A stretch of 64,000 nt of DNA, from positions 25,792,001-25,856,000 of the forward strand of contig OX597832.1 of assembly GCA_951406725.2 (NCBI GenBank), read 5' to 3'. A program made the position numbers and the translations under genes. The notes under the pieces are model-generated. The model was not told the DNA's origin. It worked only from the letters and a program-made list of their open reading frames with translations, and searched no databases. Position 1 is the first letter of the stretch. Each line of letters opens with the position of its first letter. This document shows positions 42,304 through 58,365 of this stretch, in pieces. This DNA comes from Octopus vulgaris (lineage: Eukaryota).

Positions 42304-43203
42304 AAGAAGAAGAAGAAGAAAAAGAAAAAAGAAAAAAGAAAAAGAAGAAGAAGAAGAAGACAAAGAAGAAGAAGAAGAAGAAGAAGAAGAAGAAGAAGAA
42401 GAAGAAGAAGAAGAAGAAGAAGAAGAAGAAGAAGAAGAATATATGTATGCATGTATGTCTAGAACAATTCTGCGTCAACCCATTTTATCGGCGACAAATT
42501 AGTATTTCTCTGAAGTAAATGCAACATTTAGTAATTAAATTATCAAAACTTATAATTAACAAGTTCATTCCACAGCACCTCTGTTATGACTATAAAACAA
42601 TTTAAATTTATAAATGCTAATATTATTGCCTATACTTTTTGCTATGTCCGTTATATGAAACATACTTCTGTATGTTAATATTTTGAAAAAAATACATATA
42701 ATACTTCAGGATTAAATTCTTCTTTCTTGCTTTCCATATTCTTTTTCTTGTTATTGTCTAGACAACTAATTATGTGTCTTCCTTTGATTGTATTCGAGGA
42801 AATTAATTACTGGTGCGTGATTGACTTGTTAAAGTTTTGTTTTTTTTAATGAAATGTATTTTACGTTTAAATATTTGTTGTGCAAGATGTTTTATGTGAA
42901 GTCGTGTGTTGAAACAGATATTGTTATATTTTGGAATGGTCATTTTGCCAGTTTAGCCAATAAAAACACACGCACTATATATTTGGTGTTACTTTGCTTC
43001 AGTGTTATTTACATTAATGTTTTTACATTAATCTTAATCTTATTTCGGCCAGAGTTCTTTCGTCACACTCCTGTGACCGCATTGTATTTTGTGTTTCATT
43101 TTAAACTTTCTTTTCAAAATCATCTACGTATGTTGCATTTTCATTTATAAAATACTCAATGCTTTGTTTACGGATCTCTATATTGTAAAAAGCACTTTTG
43201 GTT

Positions 43204-43268
43204 CAGCTCAAAAGGTCTGGTGTATTTGACACTGACAAGAATACATCAGATCGAAACGCGGTGTCCGG
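43204..43268 (+). ncRNA. Degenerate hammerhead motif
   Basis: A 13-bp stem GGTCTGGTGTATT/AATACATCAGATC is followed by GAAA-CGCGGTG-TC. The 5' core is decayed (CTCAAAA). Confidence 0.35.
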
Positions 43269-44694
43269 TGATCCACAGATGTTCGCGGTAAAGTTCTGTG
43301 TTTTAAGCGCATAAGTTTCTTCAACAAGTCTCTCCGAATAAAGATATTATAGCTCATGCTGTTCTAGTTTTACACATATAATGTAAATGTTATGCACACT
43401 AATACTTTAATCTAAGCGTGATTCAAGCGTGTTTATTATTTTAATCTAACCTGGCCAACTTCGTTTTAGATCAAATCACTAATAGGTCACCGATTTCTAT
43501 ATCAGAACAAACATCAACAGCTTAACTACCAACACCATTGTATTCGTCACTGAGGAGACCAAATCAAGTCAAAACGCTGACCACAGAGGACCGAAACAAA
43601 TTCTACAAGACAAATAAATATTTATCGATGAGTAAAGACAATCAATTTATGGTTTGGCAGTCGCTGGAGTGTTGGATAGAATGCCGTGCAGCAGTTGCTC
43701 CGATTGTCTACAGTCACAGTTCAAATTCCACCGAAGTCAGCTTCGTCCGTTAAGTGTTAGATTCAACTCGTAATTATGTATTGCATTGAATCATTCATTG
43801 TTGCCATTATTGTTAATTATTATTGTTAAGTAAATAATAATGATAAACTCAGGAGTTATGGGAGGCGAACACTGCTATATTATTTTCATATGATCTTCAC
43901 ATGATTACAGCCGTTTCGTAACCTTCCTAATGTAGTATTATTAACTTTAACATTCCAAATCAACACTAACATTTTACATCAACATACATACTTAAAAAAA
44001 TGAAGATGAATGGTCATTCCTGACCCATAAGGCCGGTTTCTCGAATTCTGTGGGATACACATTTGAACCACCTACCTGGATGTGTCACCAGTCCGTCGCA
44101 GGATTTCTTATTTCTGAAAACTGAGTGGACGGAAGCAACAAGAAACTTCATTTCCTGTTTCTCCAGTTTTGGCCAAGAAAACAACCCATCATCCGGTTGA
44201 GGAATCGAAACCAGAACGTTACAATCATGAGTGCAACCCTAACCAGAAAACCACTCAGCTGCCACTACACATACGAATTATATTATAATACGGTTATATA
44301 TTACATAATGATGTGTCATAGAGCAAAATCAATTTATCGTCCAGGATTCAACTCTGAATGCTAAACATCAAGACGAATAAGAACAATAATAACGACAATT
44401 AGATACTCTCTGTAATTTAGAGAACATCTCATAATTGACGGACGGATTCGACGCTGGTGCGATTTGATCTAAGACTGCAGAGAGCCATAACTACTGCCCG
44501 AACACATTCTTTCCAACGTGCCAAATCATCGTAGTTTTCTCTACTTCTCTATCCTGGATGTTCAGTTACATGGAAAAGTTAAACTGCATTGAAATTCAGT
44601 TGCTCTGTGGACTGGTACACGACCCCTTCCAGAAGGGCTTACTGTGATTTCTGCTTGATTCTCTAAATTGAGTTCTTTACTTAGTGTATACACG

Positions 44695-44736
<42 letters not shown>

Positions 44737-44848
44737 CACACGCACACACACACGATAACACACACACACATATATGTATGTGTATATGTATGTGTGTGTG
44801 TGTGCGTATATATATAATAGATAAATAGGTAGATAGACAGACAGACAT

Positions 44849-44896
<48 letters not shown>

Positions 44897-45743
44897 GACA
44901 GAAAGACAGACATACAGACAGACAGATCGAGCGAGCGATGGATAGATAGATACAGACAGACAAACAGATACATACAGAGAGAGATAAGGGTACATGCATA
45001 CGTTTATGCATGCGTGTTTTTGTATTTATTTATACACCGCTTGACAACCGGTGTTGATACGTTTACATCCCTGTAAATTGACGGTTCAGCAAAAGTAATA
45101 GGGCATAATATGTATCGGTTAAAAAAAAAAATTATCGGAGCAGGATTTGCTTGAATAAAACCTACAAGGCGGTGCTCCAGCATGGCCACTATCAGTCTAA
45201 TGACTAAAATGAATGAAAGACAACAAGAGTAAAATGATTCATAGGTAAAATTAGCTGATTCACCACTTTCTGATATTTGCAATTCCGTAAAACTTTACAA
45301 TGATTTAAGAGAGTTTCCTTCGATGGAGAATTTGTAACTTTAGTTTGTCAAGAAAGCGGTCGTTAATTAATAACTGTGTAATTATGATAAAGAGAATTTT
45401 AAACAGGCCGCTCTGCTTAAAATTCTCTTTCGGATGTTAAGATTCTCCAATATTTATTAGGTTTCGGCTTAGTGTATGGCACTGCATAACACTAACACAC
45501 ATATATATGTCGCTTATCTTCCGCTGATTTGGTACTTGTTATGGCGGATTTCTTCTTTTGAATTTTATATTGTTTGACGTAATTAAGCGCGGAAGATTGA
45601 TGCGGCAAAAAGTAACGAAACACTAAATGATGTTGCTTGCTTTTGTTTTGGTTGTTTTTTTCTTTTTTGTTGGTTTCTTTTAGGACCGATAATTTAACGG
45701 TGTTCCAGTTGGGAAGATCTCGTCTTATCCTCAATCACATAGT

Positions 45744-46386
<643 letters not shown>

Positions 46387-46393
46387 TGTATGT

Positions 46394-46455
<62 letters not shown>

Positions 46456-46970
46456 ATATTTCTTTTACTCGTTTCTTTTACAGCGTTGAAAGATACGTTC
46501 GCATGCCGGGAGTCGTACCCATGCCGCCTGGGTGACAGTCAGAAATCGTAACCACTAGATCACATGTATGTGTGCGTGCATGTGCGTGTGTGTGTGTGTG
46601 TATTTATCAATGCCATTACCATCAAGATTCTTATCGCAAAGGCTACAAGGGTCGCTGCCTTTGCTGCCGCCAACGCCTTTATTATCATCACTATAACATT
46701 AACAACACTTGCATATTCAAGCCTGTATGTATGTACGTATGCATGGATGCATGGATGCATGTATGTATGTATGTATGTATGTATGTATGTTTGTATGTAT
46801 GCATGCATGTATGTATGCGTGCATGTATGTACGTATGTCTGTCTGTATGTATGCATGTATCTGTGTATGCATGTATGTCTGTATGTATATATGCATGTAT
46901 CTGTGTATGCATGTATGTATGTATGTATGCATGCATGTATGTATGTATGTATGTATGCATGTATGTGTGC

Positions 46971-47365
46971 AGAATGCAGGATGACTGGTTGCCAATGCAG
47001 TTGTTTTACAGAGAGTTGCATCGTGGCAAACATCCGAGTCCTAAACCTGAGAAACGTTTTAGGGATGCTGTCAAAAGCAACCTTAAGGCTCTTAACGTGA
47101 AAGTTAAAAACTGGGAGCAGATGACGCAAGATCAATCGGTTTGGAAACAAATGATCGACAACAGATGTAAAGAATTTGAAGCTCAAAGAACTGAAGAATC
47201 TTGAAACGAGCATGTCGTAGACAGGACTTAACTACAATCCCAAGCAATTTTCTTTAGAATATTTGAAAGATCTGCAGTAGAGTTTGTTTGTGAAGAGCAA
47301 GACTTGTTAGTCACATAAGATCTGATGACAGTATTTATTAATTGAAGAGATGGCCTTCTTCTGTA
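46971..47365 (+). mobile_element. RTE-clade LINE 3' fragment
   Basis: RMQDDWLPMQLFYRELHRGKHPSPKPEKRFRDAVKSNLKALNVKVKNWEQMTQDQSVWKQMI, typical of the RTE/BovB C-terminus. A decayed C2H2 finger follows (CSRVCL*RARLVSHIRS). Confidence 0.88.
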
Positions 47366-48258
47366 AAGAAATGGTAGTCATCAGGTGTTATATATGTATG
47401 TACGTATTTGTATATGTATGTATGTGAGTATACATGTGTTTATATATGTATGTGTGTATACATGTATGTGTGTATATATGTATGTAAGCATTCGTGTATG
47501 TGTGTATATGTATGTATGTATATATATATATCTATGTATGTGTGTATGCATGTGTGTGAGTATATATGTATGTATGTATGCATGTTTGTATGTATGCATG
47601 TATGTGTGCATATATGTATGCATCTGTGTATGTATGTATGTGTGTATGCATGTATGTGTGTCTATGTATGTATATATGTATGTATGTATGTGTGTATGCA
47701 TTTATAGTTGTATCTTACTGTTGGGCACTGCTCGATTGTGTAGATGGGCCCTCGAATGAGTGTATTTATACGTCGTGGGTGTATGGCCCAGTGGTCTACG
47801 TGTTACACTAACGATCGCGAGAACGTGGTTTCATTCCACAGAACACGTAGTGTGGTGTATCCTTGAGCAAAACACTACATTTTCTTATTGCTCAGCATTC
47901 CACTCTTCGCGTATTTATTGTACATCGTAGACATGTTCAGGCAACGTCGATCTGGCGGAACGAGTGAAGTTAATGCTCAACACATACATTTGATCGCGAT
48001 AAAGAAATCATTCGCGAAGTGTTATCAGCAAGAAATTGCAGAACCGTCGTCTTTCTCAGTCTACGATAGACTGCCATCGTTAATTAAATCAAACTGTTTA
48101 TAGCGCGGGAAAAAATTTGTGATTGCTAAATAATGAAATTAAATGTTTCTAAGGAGTTGGTTTCAGTTAACGCTATGAAAACCGCGATAGCTTCTCAACT
48201 AGGATCGTGGAAGCCTCTGGATGATTTTCAAGGCCTTTTGTTTTAATTTTTTAAAAAC

Positions 48259-48449
48259 AGTGGCTGTGTGGTAAGTAGTTTGCTTACCAACCACATGGTG
48301 CCCGGTTCAGTACCACTGCGTGGCACCTTGGGCAAGTGTCTTTCTACTATAGCCTCAGGCCGACCAAAGCCTTGTGAGTGGATTTGGTAGACGGAGACTG
48401 AAAGAAGGCCGTCGTATATGTATATATATATATATATGTATATATATGA

Positions 48450-48503
<54 letters not shown>

Positions 48504-48711
48504 ATGTGTGTGTCTATGTTTGTGTTTGTCCCCCCACCATCGCATGACAACCGATGCTGGTATGTTTACGTACCCGTCATCTAGCGGTTGGGCATAAGAG
48601 AGCGATAAAATAAGTACTAGGGTTACAAAGAATAAGTGCTGGGTTCGATTTGTTCGACTAAAGGCGGTGCTCCAGCATGGTCGCAGTGAAATGACTGATA
48701 CAAGTAAAAGA
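48259..48711 (+). mobile_element. SINE family A, near full-length
   Basis: Match to 5911-6333. Further partial copies lie near 12555, 15115, 16485, 19070, 45035, 52680, 54010 and 58050. Confidence 0.9.
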
Positions 48712-48869
48712 CAAGGATAAAAGAAAAAAGGGTCCACTTGTTCTGTTTGTGCTGCTCACACAACTGTCAGAGGGTCACATCTGGGATTTTCAGCTGGGTT
48801 GCAGGCAATGGACCCGAATGGGTGGTTATACATACTCGCGAGTACAGGGACTGTTGGTTTGAGGATTGT

Positions 48870-49600
48870 GGTGATGGTGTTGGCGGTTAAGGTGGTGGTT
48901 GTGTTGGTGATTGCAGTTGCAGAAAGTGCACAGGTAATTGCTGGTGGTGGTGGTGGTGGTGGTGGTGGTGGTGGTGGTGGTGGTGCGGTGGTGGTGATGG
49001 TGGCAGTTATGGAGATGTTGATGTTACGAAGGTGGTGGTTAAGCTGACGGCGATGGTGGTAGTGGTGGCGGAGGTTGAGATTGACGTGGTGACCGTGGTT
49101 GCAATGGTGGTGGTGGTGGTTGGTGGTTGGTGGTAGTGGTTAAAGTAAGGTTTGTGATGGCTAAAGTGTAGCGGATCGTTGTCAGTTTGATGACGATAAG
49201 AGTCGTGATGCAAATGATGACGGCGATGGTGGAGTGGCGGAGTGGCGGAGTGGCGTTGGTGGTTGTGATGGTGATGGTTGTAGTGGTAATATTCAGGATA
49301 GTCTTGATAGTTGTGGTGTTGGTGGTGGTGATGGTGTTGGTGGTGGTGTTGTTGGTGGTGTTGGTTGTGGTGGTAGTGGTGGTGGTGGTGGTGGTGGTGG
49401 TGGTGGTGTTGTTGTTGTTGTTGTGTTGTTGGTGGTGGTGGTGGTGTTGGTGCTGGTGATGGTGATGATGATGACGATGGCTGGTGGTGGTGTTGGTGAT
49501 GTTGTTGTTGGTGGTGGTGGTGGCGTTGATGGCGATGGTGGTGGTGGTGGTGGTGGTGATAGTGGTGTTGGTAGTGGTGGTGGTGGGGGAGGGGTGATTG
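48870..49600. repeat. Degenerate (GGT)n tract
   Basis: Directly visible; a similar tract lies at 60290-60660. Confidence 0.95.
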
Positions 49601-49668
49601 ACGTGGCTGTGATGTCATTCCGAAAGAAGAATGCTAATGGGAAAAAAGCTATTGTCAAGAATAGGTTA

Positions 49669-49724
<56 letters not shown>

Positions 49725-50005
49725 TGATGATGATGATGATGATGATGACGATGATGATTTAATTAACCTTGTGATTGATTTTATAATAATCTAATCCAAC
49801 TTGAGGTGCATTTAGTGAAACCTTACTGACGGATCCCGTGACATTCGCTAAAGACGTTCTCAATGTGACACCCACTCAAGAAATAAACAAAACAGAATTC
49901 TTGATGAACACAGGAATGGTATTCCTTTGTTGGAATGATTTATTATTTCTCTCTTGAAGATGGCTAAACAATTCCTGACAGGAAACAAAACAAAAAACGT
50001 CATAC

Positions 50006-50063
<58 letters not shown>

Positions 50064-50165
50064 TTAATAATAATAATAATGATAATGATAATAATTATAA
50101 TAATAATAATAATGTTGAATATGATGATGATAATAATAATAATAATAATTATTATTATTATTATA

Positions 50166-50215
<50 letters not shown>

Positions 50216-50422
50216 CATTATTATCATTATTATTATTATTGTAGTTGTTGCTGTTATGATAATTATTATTATATTTGAAAGGCAAGAGTGCGTATGTATA
50301 CATATATATATGCATATATATGTACGTGCGTGTGTGTGCTTGTGTATGTGTGAGTGGGGGGGTGCGTGTGAGTGTGTCTGATTTTCAAGAAAATGCATGA
50401 GATTAAAAATGATACTGATAGA

Positions 50423-50537
<115 letters not shown>

Positions 50538-50639
50538 TCTCATTCAAATAATGGCATTTGACAGAGGTTGCGTTACATTAATGGAATTACTTGACATCAA
50601 TAGAATTCAGATGAACGCGTGTATATACTGATATACAGT

Positions 50640-50678
<39 letters not shown>

Positions 50679-50801
50679 AAGGTATAACAGAAAGAGGAAG
50701 ACACAAATCCTTAGATAGAGAGAGAGAGGTAGGTAGATAGATAGATAGATAGATAGATAGGTAGGTAGGTAGATAGATAGGTAGGTAGGTAGGTAGGTAG
50801 G

Positions 50802-51094
<293 letters not shown>

Positions 51095-51229
51095 TGATTG
51101 ATTGATTGATTGATAGACGCTAATTGAAATATTAACCGAGTAGTTTTCGTTCAAATTACCAAAAAGCAAATGAGATTTAATTCAAAATTCAATTTAAAAA
51201 CGTAACAAACTCTTGGTCCTCCGTCAGTC

Positions 51230-52030
51230 GACGCTGACCAGACATCTGTTCATATCTGCTGCACAAGCTTGGACAGGATTATTGATTTGAAGAAATCTAG
51301 CATTTGACCATTCATGCATGTTCCGCTTCCATACACTGCAGATGTTTATCGAAGGAAAACGCTGCAGACTGGAGCAGACACCGCCTGGCTCATCCTTCTT
51401 TGAAATATGTTGCTTTGAAAACGGAAAGAATTGGAATCGATATTCGTCCAACTTTTCAAATGTTTTGCCAACCCACAGCGTTGCATTGTCACTTTTTTAA
51501 AGAAAACCGAAAGGAAAAAAGGCAAAGATAATCTCATGGGTATTTCTGCTCAGATTCAACAGAACAGGGACAAAAATCCGTGACGGTGGCATTCTGTCCA
51601 ATACTCTTAAAGTCTCTGCTATTTCGTTGGATGATATATTTATCCAAGGGAAACAACGTATACGTCTTGGCATCAGAGTTGTTACAGACGTGTGGTATAG
51701 TGAAACCGTACACCCTCCCGGTAAAAAGCGGTAGTAGCCAGTCATTATAAATAGACCAGTAGTCGGCCAACAGGAGAAGGTCGAGAGTACGTGTAGATTG
51801 TGTTGATAGTCGTCTCTGTGTTGATATAGTAATTATACTGTGGTACTGACTGGACGTTATATCGATCCAACCTTTTGAGGATATTAACACTTTACGAGTG
51901 GAGGCCGTACAGTACCTGATAGAAATATTCTATCGACGACTTCGGAATATTACATTACCTGTCAGAGCGACAACTGTCGTCGAAAGACAGATACAACAGT
52001 GGCAAAAGACCACTTTACAATAAGACATTA
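51230..52030 (-). pseudogene. Decayed DNA-transposon ORF, XPG-like domain as in AcademX
   Basis: Ordered frameshifted scraps KVVFCH, GNVIFRS, WIDIT, GLFIMTG/TTAFYREG, GKTFEKLDEYRFQFF and NICSVWKR resemble the HEEADT / RS.DTD / TGCDTT.AF..GK / RY..F / IW motif series. Confidence 0.4.
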
Positions 52031-52632
52031 GTTTTCTCAAGAAAAGGGCTGGAATTAATACAGCAAGGCGTCTCGCCCGGATCTCTAGAAGTTCCTCACC
52101 AATCCACCATCCGGTTTGGTACATTAATTTATAAACCCTAAAAGGATGAAAAAAGATGAAGCTGACCTTGGTGGGATTTGATGTCCGAAAGTAAAGAGTC
52201 GGTACAATCAACCCTAGGCATATTTTCCCGTTGCTCTCATAATTTCACTTACAAAGCTTGAAATTTTGTGCTCGATTGGTACATATTTCGTTAATCACGA
52301 AAAATGGCAGAGTCGACCTCGGAGAGATTTGAACGTAGAACATATATAGACGGACGAAATGACACTTGACATACCATGCAAGGTTGTTCAGTTCTGATAC
52401 ACAACTCACACAGCTCACTAAACCCCTCTCACCTTTTTCCTCTTGACACATCTAAGGGTTTTATTTCGTTTTCGGAATATTATTGTGACAATGTGACATG
52501 GCCGTAGCTTCGAGACGGCCAGATATTGTGATCATCGAGGTATATATATATATATGCATTTATATATGCATGTTTATATTTATATATATATATTTACATA
52601 CATGTGTGTGCATGTGTGTGCCTGCATATATA

Positions 52633-52680
<48 letters not shown>

Positions 52681-53224
52681 ACGGGCTTTCACTTTCCGTC
52701 TGCCAAATTTATTCACAAACCTTTTGGTCGGCCCGAGGCTTTAGTACAAAATAAATTTGCCTGCGGTGCCACGCAGCGGGACTGAACTCGGGGACCATGT
52801 TGTTTGGAAGCAAACTTCTTACGACACAGCCACGCCCAACGACCAAATAATTGACGGACGGATAAAAAAAAAAATATAGCAAAAACGACGAAATCTAAGA
52901 ATTACATAACTAGAGCCTTCCTGTATTAACAGTTTCCTAGGAAATGATTTTTGAAAACTGCCGACGAACGCCAAAGACAAAGCTCAAGGACCTGTACACT
53001 TATGTTTGGCATTGAGAATGTAATATCGCTTGGCAGTGTAACAATGGAGAAGAGAATAGGGAATGGCAGACGATAGATACAACAACTGCACATCTTTGAA
53101 TAGAAATGTGCAGCTGCAGTTGGTTGTGCAGAGTGAAGCCTTGTAGTGGAAATGAGAGAATAGGGGGAAAGAAGGAAACGATGAAAAGATGAGGGGGGGA
53201 AAGATATGGAAAAAGGGGGGGGGG

Positions 53225-53248
53225 GAGAAGAAGGAGAAGAAGAAGAAC

Positions 53249-53279
<31 letters not shown>

Positions 53280-53610
53280 AGAGGAGGAGGAAGAAGAAGA
53301 AGAAGAAGAAGAAGAAGGAGGAGGAGGAGAAGGAGGAGGAGGAGGAGGAGGAGAAGAAGGAGAAGAAGAAGAAGAAGAAGAAGAAGAAGAAGAAGAAGGA
53401 GAAGAAGAAGGAGAATGAGGAGAAGAAGAAGAAGAAGAAGAAGAAGAAGAAGAAAAAGGAGAAGAAGAAGAAGAAGAAGAAGAAGATGATGAAGAAGAAG
53501 AAGAAAGAAGAAGAAGAAGAAGAAGAAAGAAGAAGAAGAAGAAGAAGAAGAAGAAGAAGAAGAAGAAGAAGAAGAAGAAGAAGAAGAAGAAGAAGAAGAA
53601 GAAGAAAAAG
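53225..53610. repeat. (GAA/GGA)n polypurine tract
   Basis: Directly visible; similar tracts lie at 42275-42440 and 55720-55890. Confidence 0.95.
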
Positions 53611-54159
53611 AGGAACGTCCCTTTTGTAGAGTAAACGTAGATTGGTTCCGGTGCTAAAGTAGCAGAATGGTATTTTGTTTAGATGCAAGACGCCAAAGGC
53701 AATTTCTCTGATCTTCGACAAGAGAAGAAAATGGCCTTGAAGATGGTATTGCGATTACGTATTGATGAGAACAGTGATAGAGCAGACGACAGCAAGTGCA
53801 TTCACGCACGCGCGCATTCACACGCACAGACATTTGTATGTATGTGTGCATGTGTGCGTTTGTGTGTGTGTTTGTGTGTGTATGTGTGTGTGTGTATAGA
53901 CATTCAAACACATGTGAATTTCACAAACCTGTACACATGAAGTGAATATACATATTTTCGCATAAATACGAGCACGCACATATTCCTACGTATGACTGTA
54001 GAGAGGTAATGGCATGGCCAAGTGGTTACGAAGCTCGATTTGTAACCACGGGATACCGGGTTCAGTCCACTGCGCGGCATCTGAGACAAGTGTCTCAACC
54101 CCATGCAGTCCCAATACGTTGTGAGCGATTTTGGTTGACAAAAACTTTGCGGAAACCTG

Positions 54160-54257
<98 letters not shown>

Positions 54258-54439
54258 GCATTGTCGATGTGAGAACTGTTGCTTCTCATGTATTTTAATT
54301 TAACTTTAAAAAAAAAAAAAAATGAACGAACTACTGAGTTTGGTTTAATGGCCTACCAATGTATCCTATGAGTTTCTTTGCCCTAGGAGTCGGGAAGACA
54401 CTCGGCAAGAAATGGAAGCAAATTTGAAAGAAAAAAAAA

Positions 54440-54470
<31 letters not shown>

Positions 54471-57110
54471 AGGGGTAAAATTAATTAATTAAGAAGTAAT
54501 CAATAATTTCACCAAGTAGAATTCGGCATGAAAAAAGGACCATTTCACGTAAACTTAAGTAATACTTATTAATTAGGGTTCAGCAAAGATTTGCTTTACC
54601 ACATGCCGAAGTTTAGAAATAGCAGCCAAAAAAACCTTAGCTATTTCTTCTACTTTAAAACTTTTCGTTACTTTTCCTCTCTTAAAGTAGAAGAAATAGC
54701 TAAGGTTTATGTCGACCTCGGCGGAATTTGAACTCAGAACGTAACGGCAGACGAAATACCTATTTCTTTATTACCCACAAGGGGCTAAACACTGAGCGGA
54801 CAAACAAGGACAGACATAGGTATTAAGTCGATTACATCAACCCCAGTGCGTAACTGGTACTTAATTTATCGACCCCGAAAGGATGAAAGACAAAGTCGAC
54901 CTCGGCGGAATTTGAACTCAGAACGTAACGGCAGACGAAATACCGCAAAGCATTTCGTCCGGCGTGCTAACGTTTCTGCCAGCTCGCCGCCTTTATCATT
55001 ATAATGAAGAGCTCGTGTTATCGTCATCGTCATCGTCATCGTAAGTGTTGTTATCATTTCATCAAACACAATCGGTCAAATCACGAATGATGTGCGGCAG
55101 CAACATTTTGGCGATTACAATATCCGATACATTATTATCATCATCATCGTTATCGGAGTTGTCACTTTTTTTTCACTATTATTATCTATACAACTTTTAT
55201 CATATCTGTTATTATCAATCCCAGCGGCAGCGACAGCACAAGTGGAGGCGCAATGGCCCAGTGGTTAGGGCAGCGGACGCGGAGTCGAAAGAACGCGGTT
55301 TCGATTCCCAGACCGGGCATTGTAAGTGTATATTGAGCAAAAACACCTAAGCTCCACGAGGCATCGGCGAGAAGTGGTGCTGAACCCCGCTGTACTCTTT
55401 CACCACAACTTTCTCTCATTCTTTGTTCCTACTTCTACCACAAAGCAGAGGAAATCCATGGTGTAACCCACTATGGTGAGGTAAACATTCAGGCCCTGGT
55501 CTAGATTGCGAATCCTCTGTACTCCAGGATGGTTCAGCTCTCCACCCGTTAAAAGCCACCGTTTATGGAATGAGGATAACAACGTAGCTTTCGCGCCCGT
55601 GCAACCGCCAGTCTATCGCGTGTGGTGGGTGGATCTTCAAGTTGCCACACGCATTCTTAGTAGCTTAGAGTAGGCTCGAATTAAAGATTATTCTTTGTGG
55701 CTAATGGCGTGAGTCCTGATTGAAGAAGAAGAAGAAGAAGAAGAAGAAGAAGAAGAAGAAGAAGAAGAAGAAGAAGAAGAAGAAGAAGAAAGAAGAAGAA
55801 GAAGAAGAAGAAGAAGAAGAAAATGAAGAAGAAGAAGAAGAAGAAGAAGAAGAAGAAGAAAATGAAGAAGAAGAAGAAGGGGAAGAAGAAGGCAACAGCA
55901 CAGGTATTACATGATGATGATAATGATGATTAAGAGAAGAAGGAGAAAGTGGAGAAGCCGGTTATTGTTGTTATGATGATGATGATGATGACGACGATTG
56001 TGATGATCATGATGATTGTGACTACGACCACCACCACCACTACCACCGCCACCACAACTTCGACAATGCCGTTGGCGATCAAGAGGCTGGTGATGTAGAC
56101 AATGAGGAGGACGGAGAGAAGGAAGAGAAGCGGAAGGAAAAGAAAGAGGAAGAAATAGAGGAGAAGAACGAGAAAGAGGAGACGGATGGAGAGATGATGA
56201 TGACTCGTGTCCATTTTACTCTATCAGCTGATGGTAGACCAACAAAACCAAATTTAATCAACGCATGGATAAACATGAACACTTCTAACGCAACATTTCG
56301 TTGAGTATCTTTGTATTATTAATATTGTATGACAAATTAAACAAAACATATATGTGGGGGGTGCGTGCGTTTTATCGTTTATAATTTGTTGTAAATCAGA
56401 TGGTAATTTACTCTTGTTGTTCAAATTTTTACACTTAAGAGTAACTATACCCTACCCATAATTTTGAAAGGTTTGTAGATTTCGTCTCTAAGTTTCCAAT
56501 TTAATTGGAACATAGAAATTATTTTAGCTATTCCTTATGCTAAATGAGAGTAGATGGCAGTAGTAACGTTGTTTGAAAGTGTTAGTTGTCAGTCTTATTC
56601 AATTTGTTTCGAGACCAAATACAAGTTTGTCACACATTGAATATATCACTACTGAAAAAAGGCAAGATTCTCTGGATGGGGAAGTAGTGAGATTTTGAGT
56701 GTTACTCTTGGCTGTTCATTTAGAATTGTGTATTGAGGTGTTTACGATTGTAATTTGCGGTCTCGAAAATGGCATTGTGCCTGAGAAAGTATGCATAAGA
56801 TCCGATCCTTGCTGTGCTATGATGGTTTATGTGCTTCCGTGACCGTAAGGGCTACGTCAGTTTAGCACAAATTCCTAGAAGCGCCTCCCACACTGCACAG
56901 ATCAAGAGATATAGACAATCGCTTACCAGAGTTAAAAATGAGTGTTGGCTTGCTCACCTTGCTAAAAACAATGCGATGTACGTTGTGACTAGCGACGTAC
57001 ACCAGCATCCGATAGTCTGGCCAGTAACGTAATACCGTGATATATTTCTATGTGTGTATGTATACACACACACATATATATATATATGTATGTATGCATG
57101 TATATATATT

Positions 57111-57170
<60 letters not shown>

Positions 57171-58233
57171 CCACAGAATCTCCATCATATTAGACACTAA
57201 TATCTAAACATTATCTAAGCTTAATAAGATTATCTACGAAAAAAAAAAAACAACCAATATCAATGTAAGTAATTTCCATAAACCATGAATACGCAAACAC
57301 TTTCCACTTCACTAGAACGAAGGACAACTCAGAATAATGAGATTAGGATATAAAAATCCATAAACAAACATGACAAATATACGTCCCCATCATCAGCTAC
57401 CAAACGGATTGTGCTATGGTTTCGACATCTGAACAGTAGCATACAGCTCGGTGGTGTCAATCCGTAGTTATCAGCAGAGCGAATCTTTAACAAAGTATGT
57501 CTATGTTTCTAACTTTTGCTTGTAATTACAAAGTAAACAGCATTAACTTATAGTTACGAAACAGCACCTAAACAAAGAACTTACTCTGAAAAAAGACATT
57601 GTTATCTTAGAATTTATGATATTAAGAAAAAACTACTCAACTTTTGATACTCGGAGTAGAGCCCTCGACATGCATTTCATCGGATCCTATCAAAAGTAAC
57701 TTTCTCCTGAATCCCCACACGAGACCAACCAACCTCATAGGTGTTATCCAACTATCTTACGCGCTGTCTACCTTTCGGTCTATTGCTGGTTGATTTTACT
57801 TGTAAAATCTGTTTAGCGGTTTTTTCATGTTCTTTCCCGAGACATTCTTGCCAAATGTTCTTAGTATCGGAGCTGTGATCTCTCCATTCGTCAAAGTAAT
57901 GACTCTATTCCTGGAGTACTTCTTTGATCTCTCTGCTATGCACACAAGCGATTTATGGTACTCCAAAGAGAATTACAAATCACACTTTGAATCACAATCA
58001 CATTCACACACACACACACACACACACATACATATATATAGACATATATACGACAGGCTTCTTTCAGTTTCCGTCTACCAAATCCTCTCACAAGGCTTTG
58101 GTCTGCCCGAAGCTATAATGGAAGACACTTGTCCAAGGTGACATGCAGTGGGATTGAACCAACAACCATATGGTTGTGAAGATTCTTACAACACAGCTAC
58201 GACTGTGCTATGTATGCATATATATATATGTAA

Positions 58234-58308
<75 letters not shown>

Positions 58309-58365
58309 TATGAGTGTGTGTGTGTGTATCTGTGGTGTATACATATACATACATATATATACAGT

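Noticed and set aside
49007-49794. His/Pro/Gly-rich ORFs resembling structural proteins
   Set aside because: They are products of a degenerate (GGT)n tract that is open in most frames.
51534-51915. Open frame of about 125 codons after a CAG acceptor as a host exon
   Set aside because: Recognisable motifs are spread over different frames, which fits a decayed transposon better.
53683-53810. Small plus-strand exon-like segment MQDAKGNFSDLRQEKK
   Set aside because: No recognisable domain and no partner exons.
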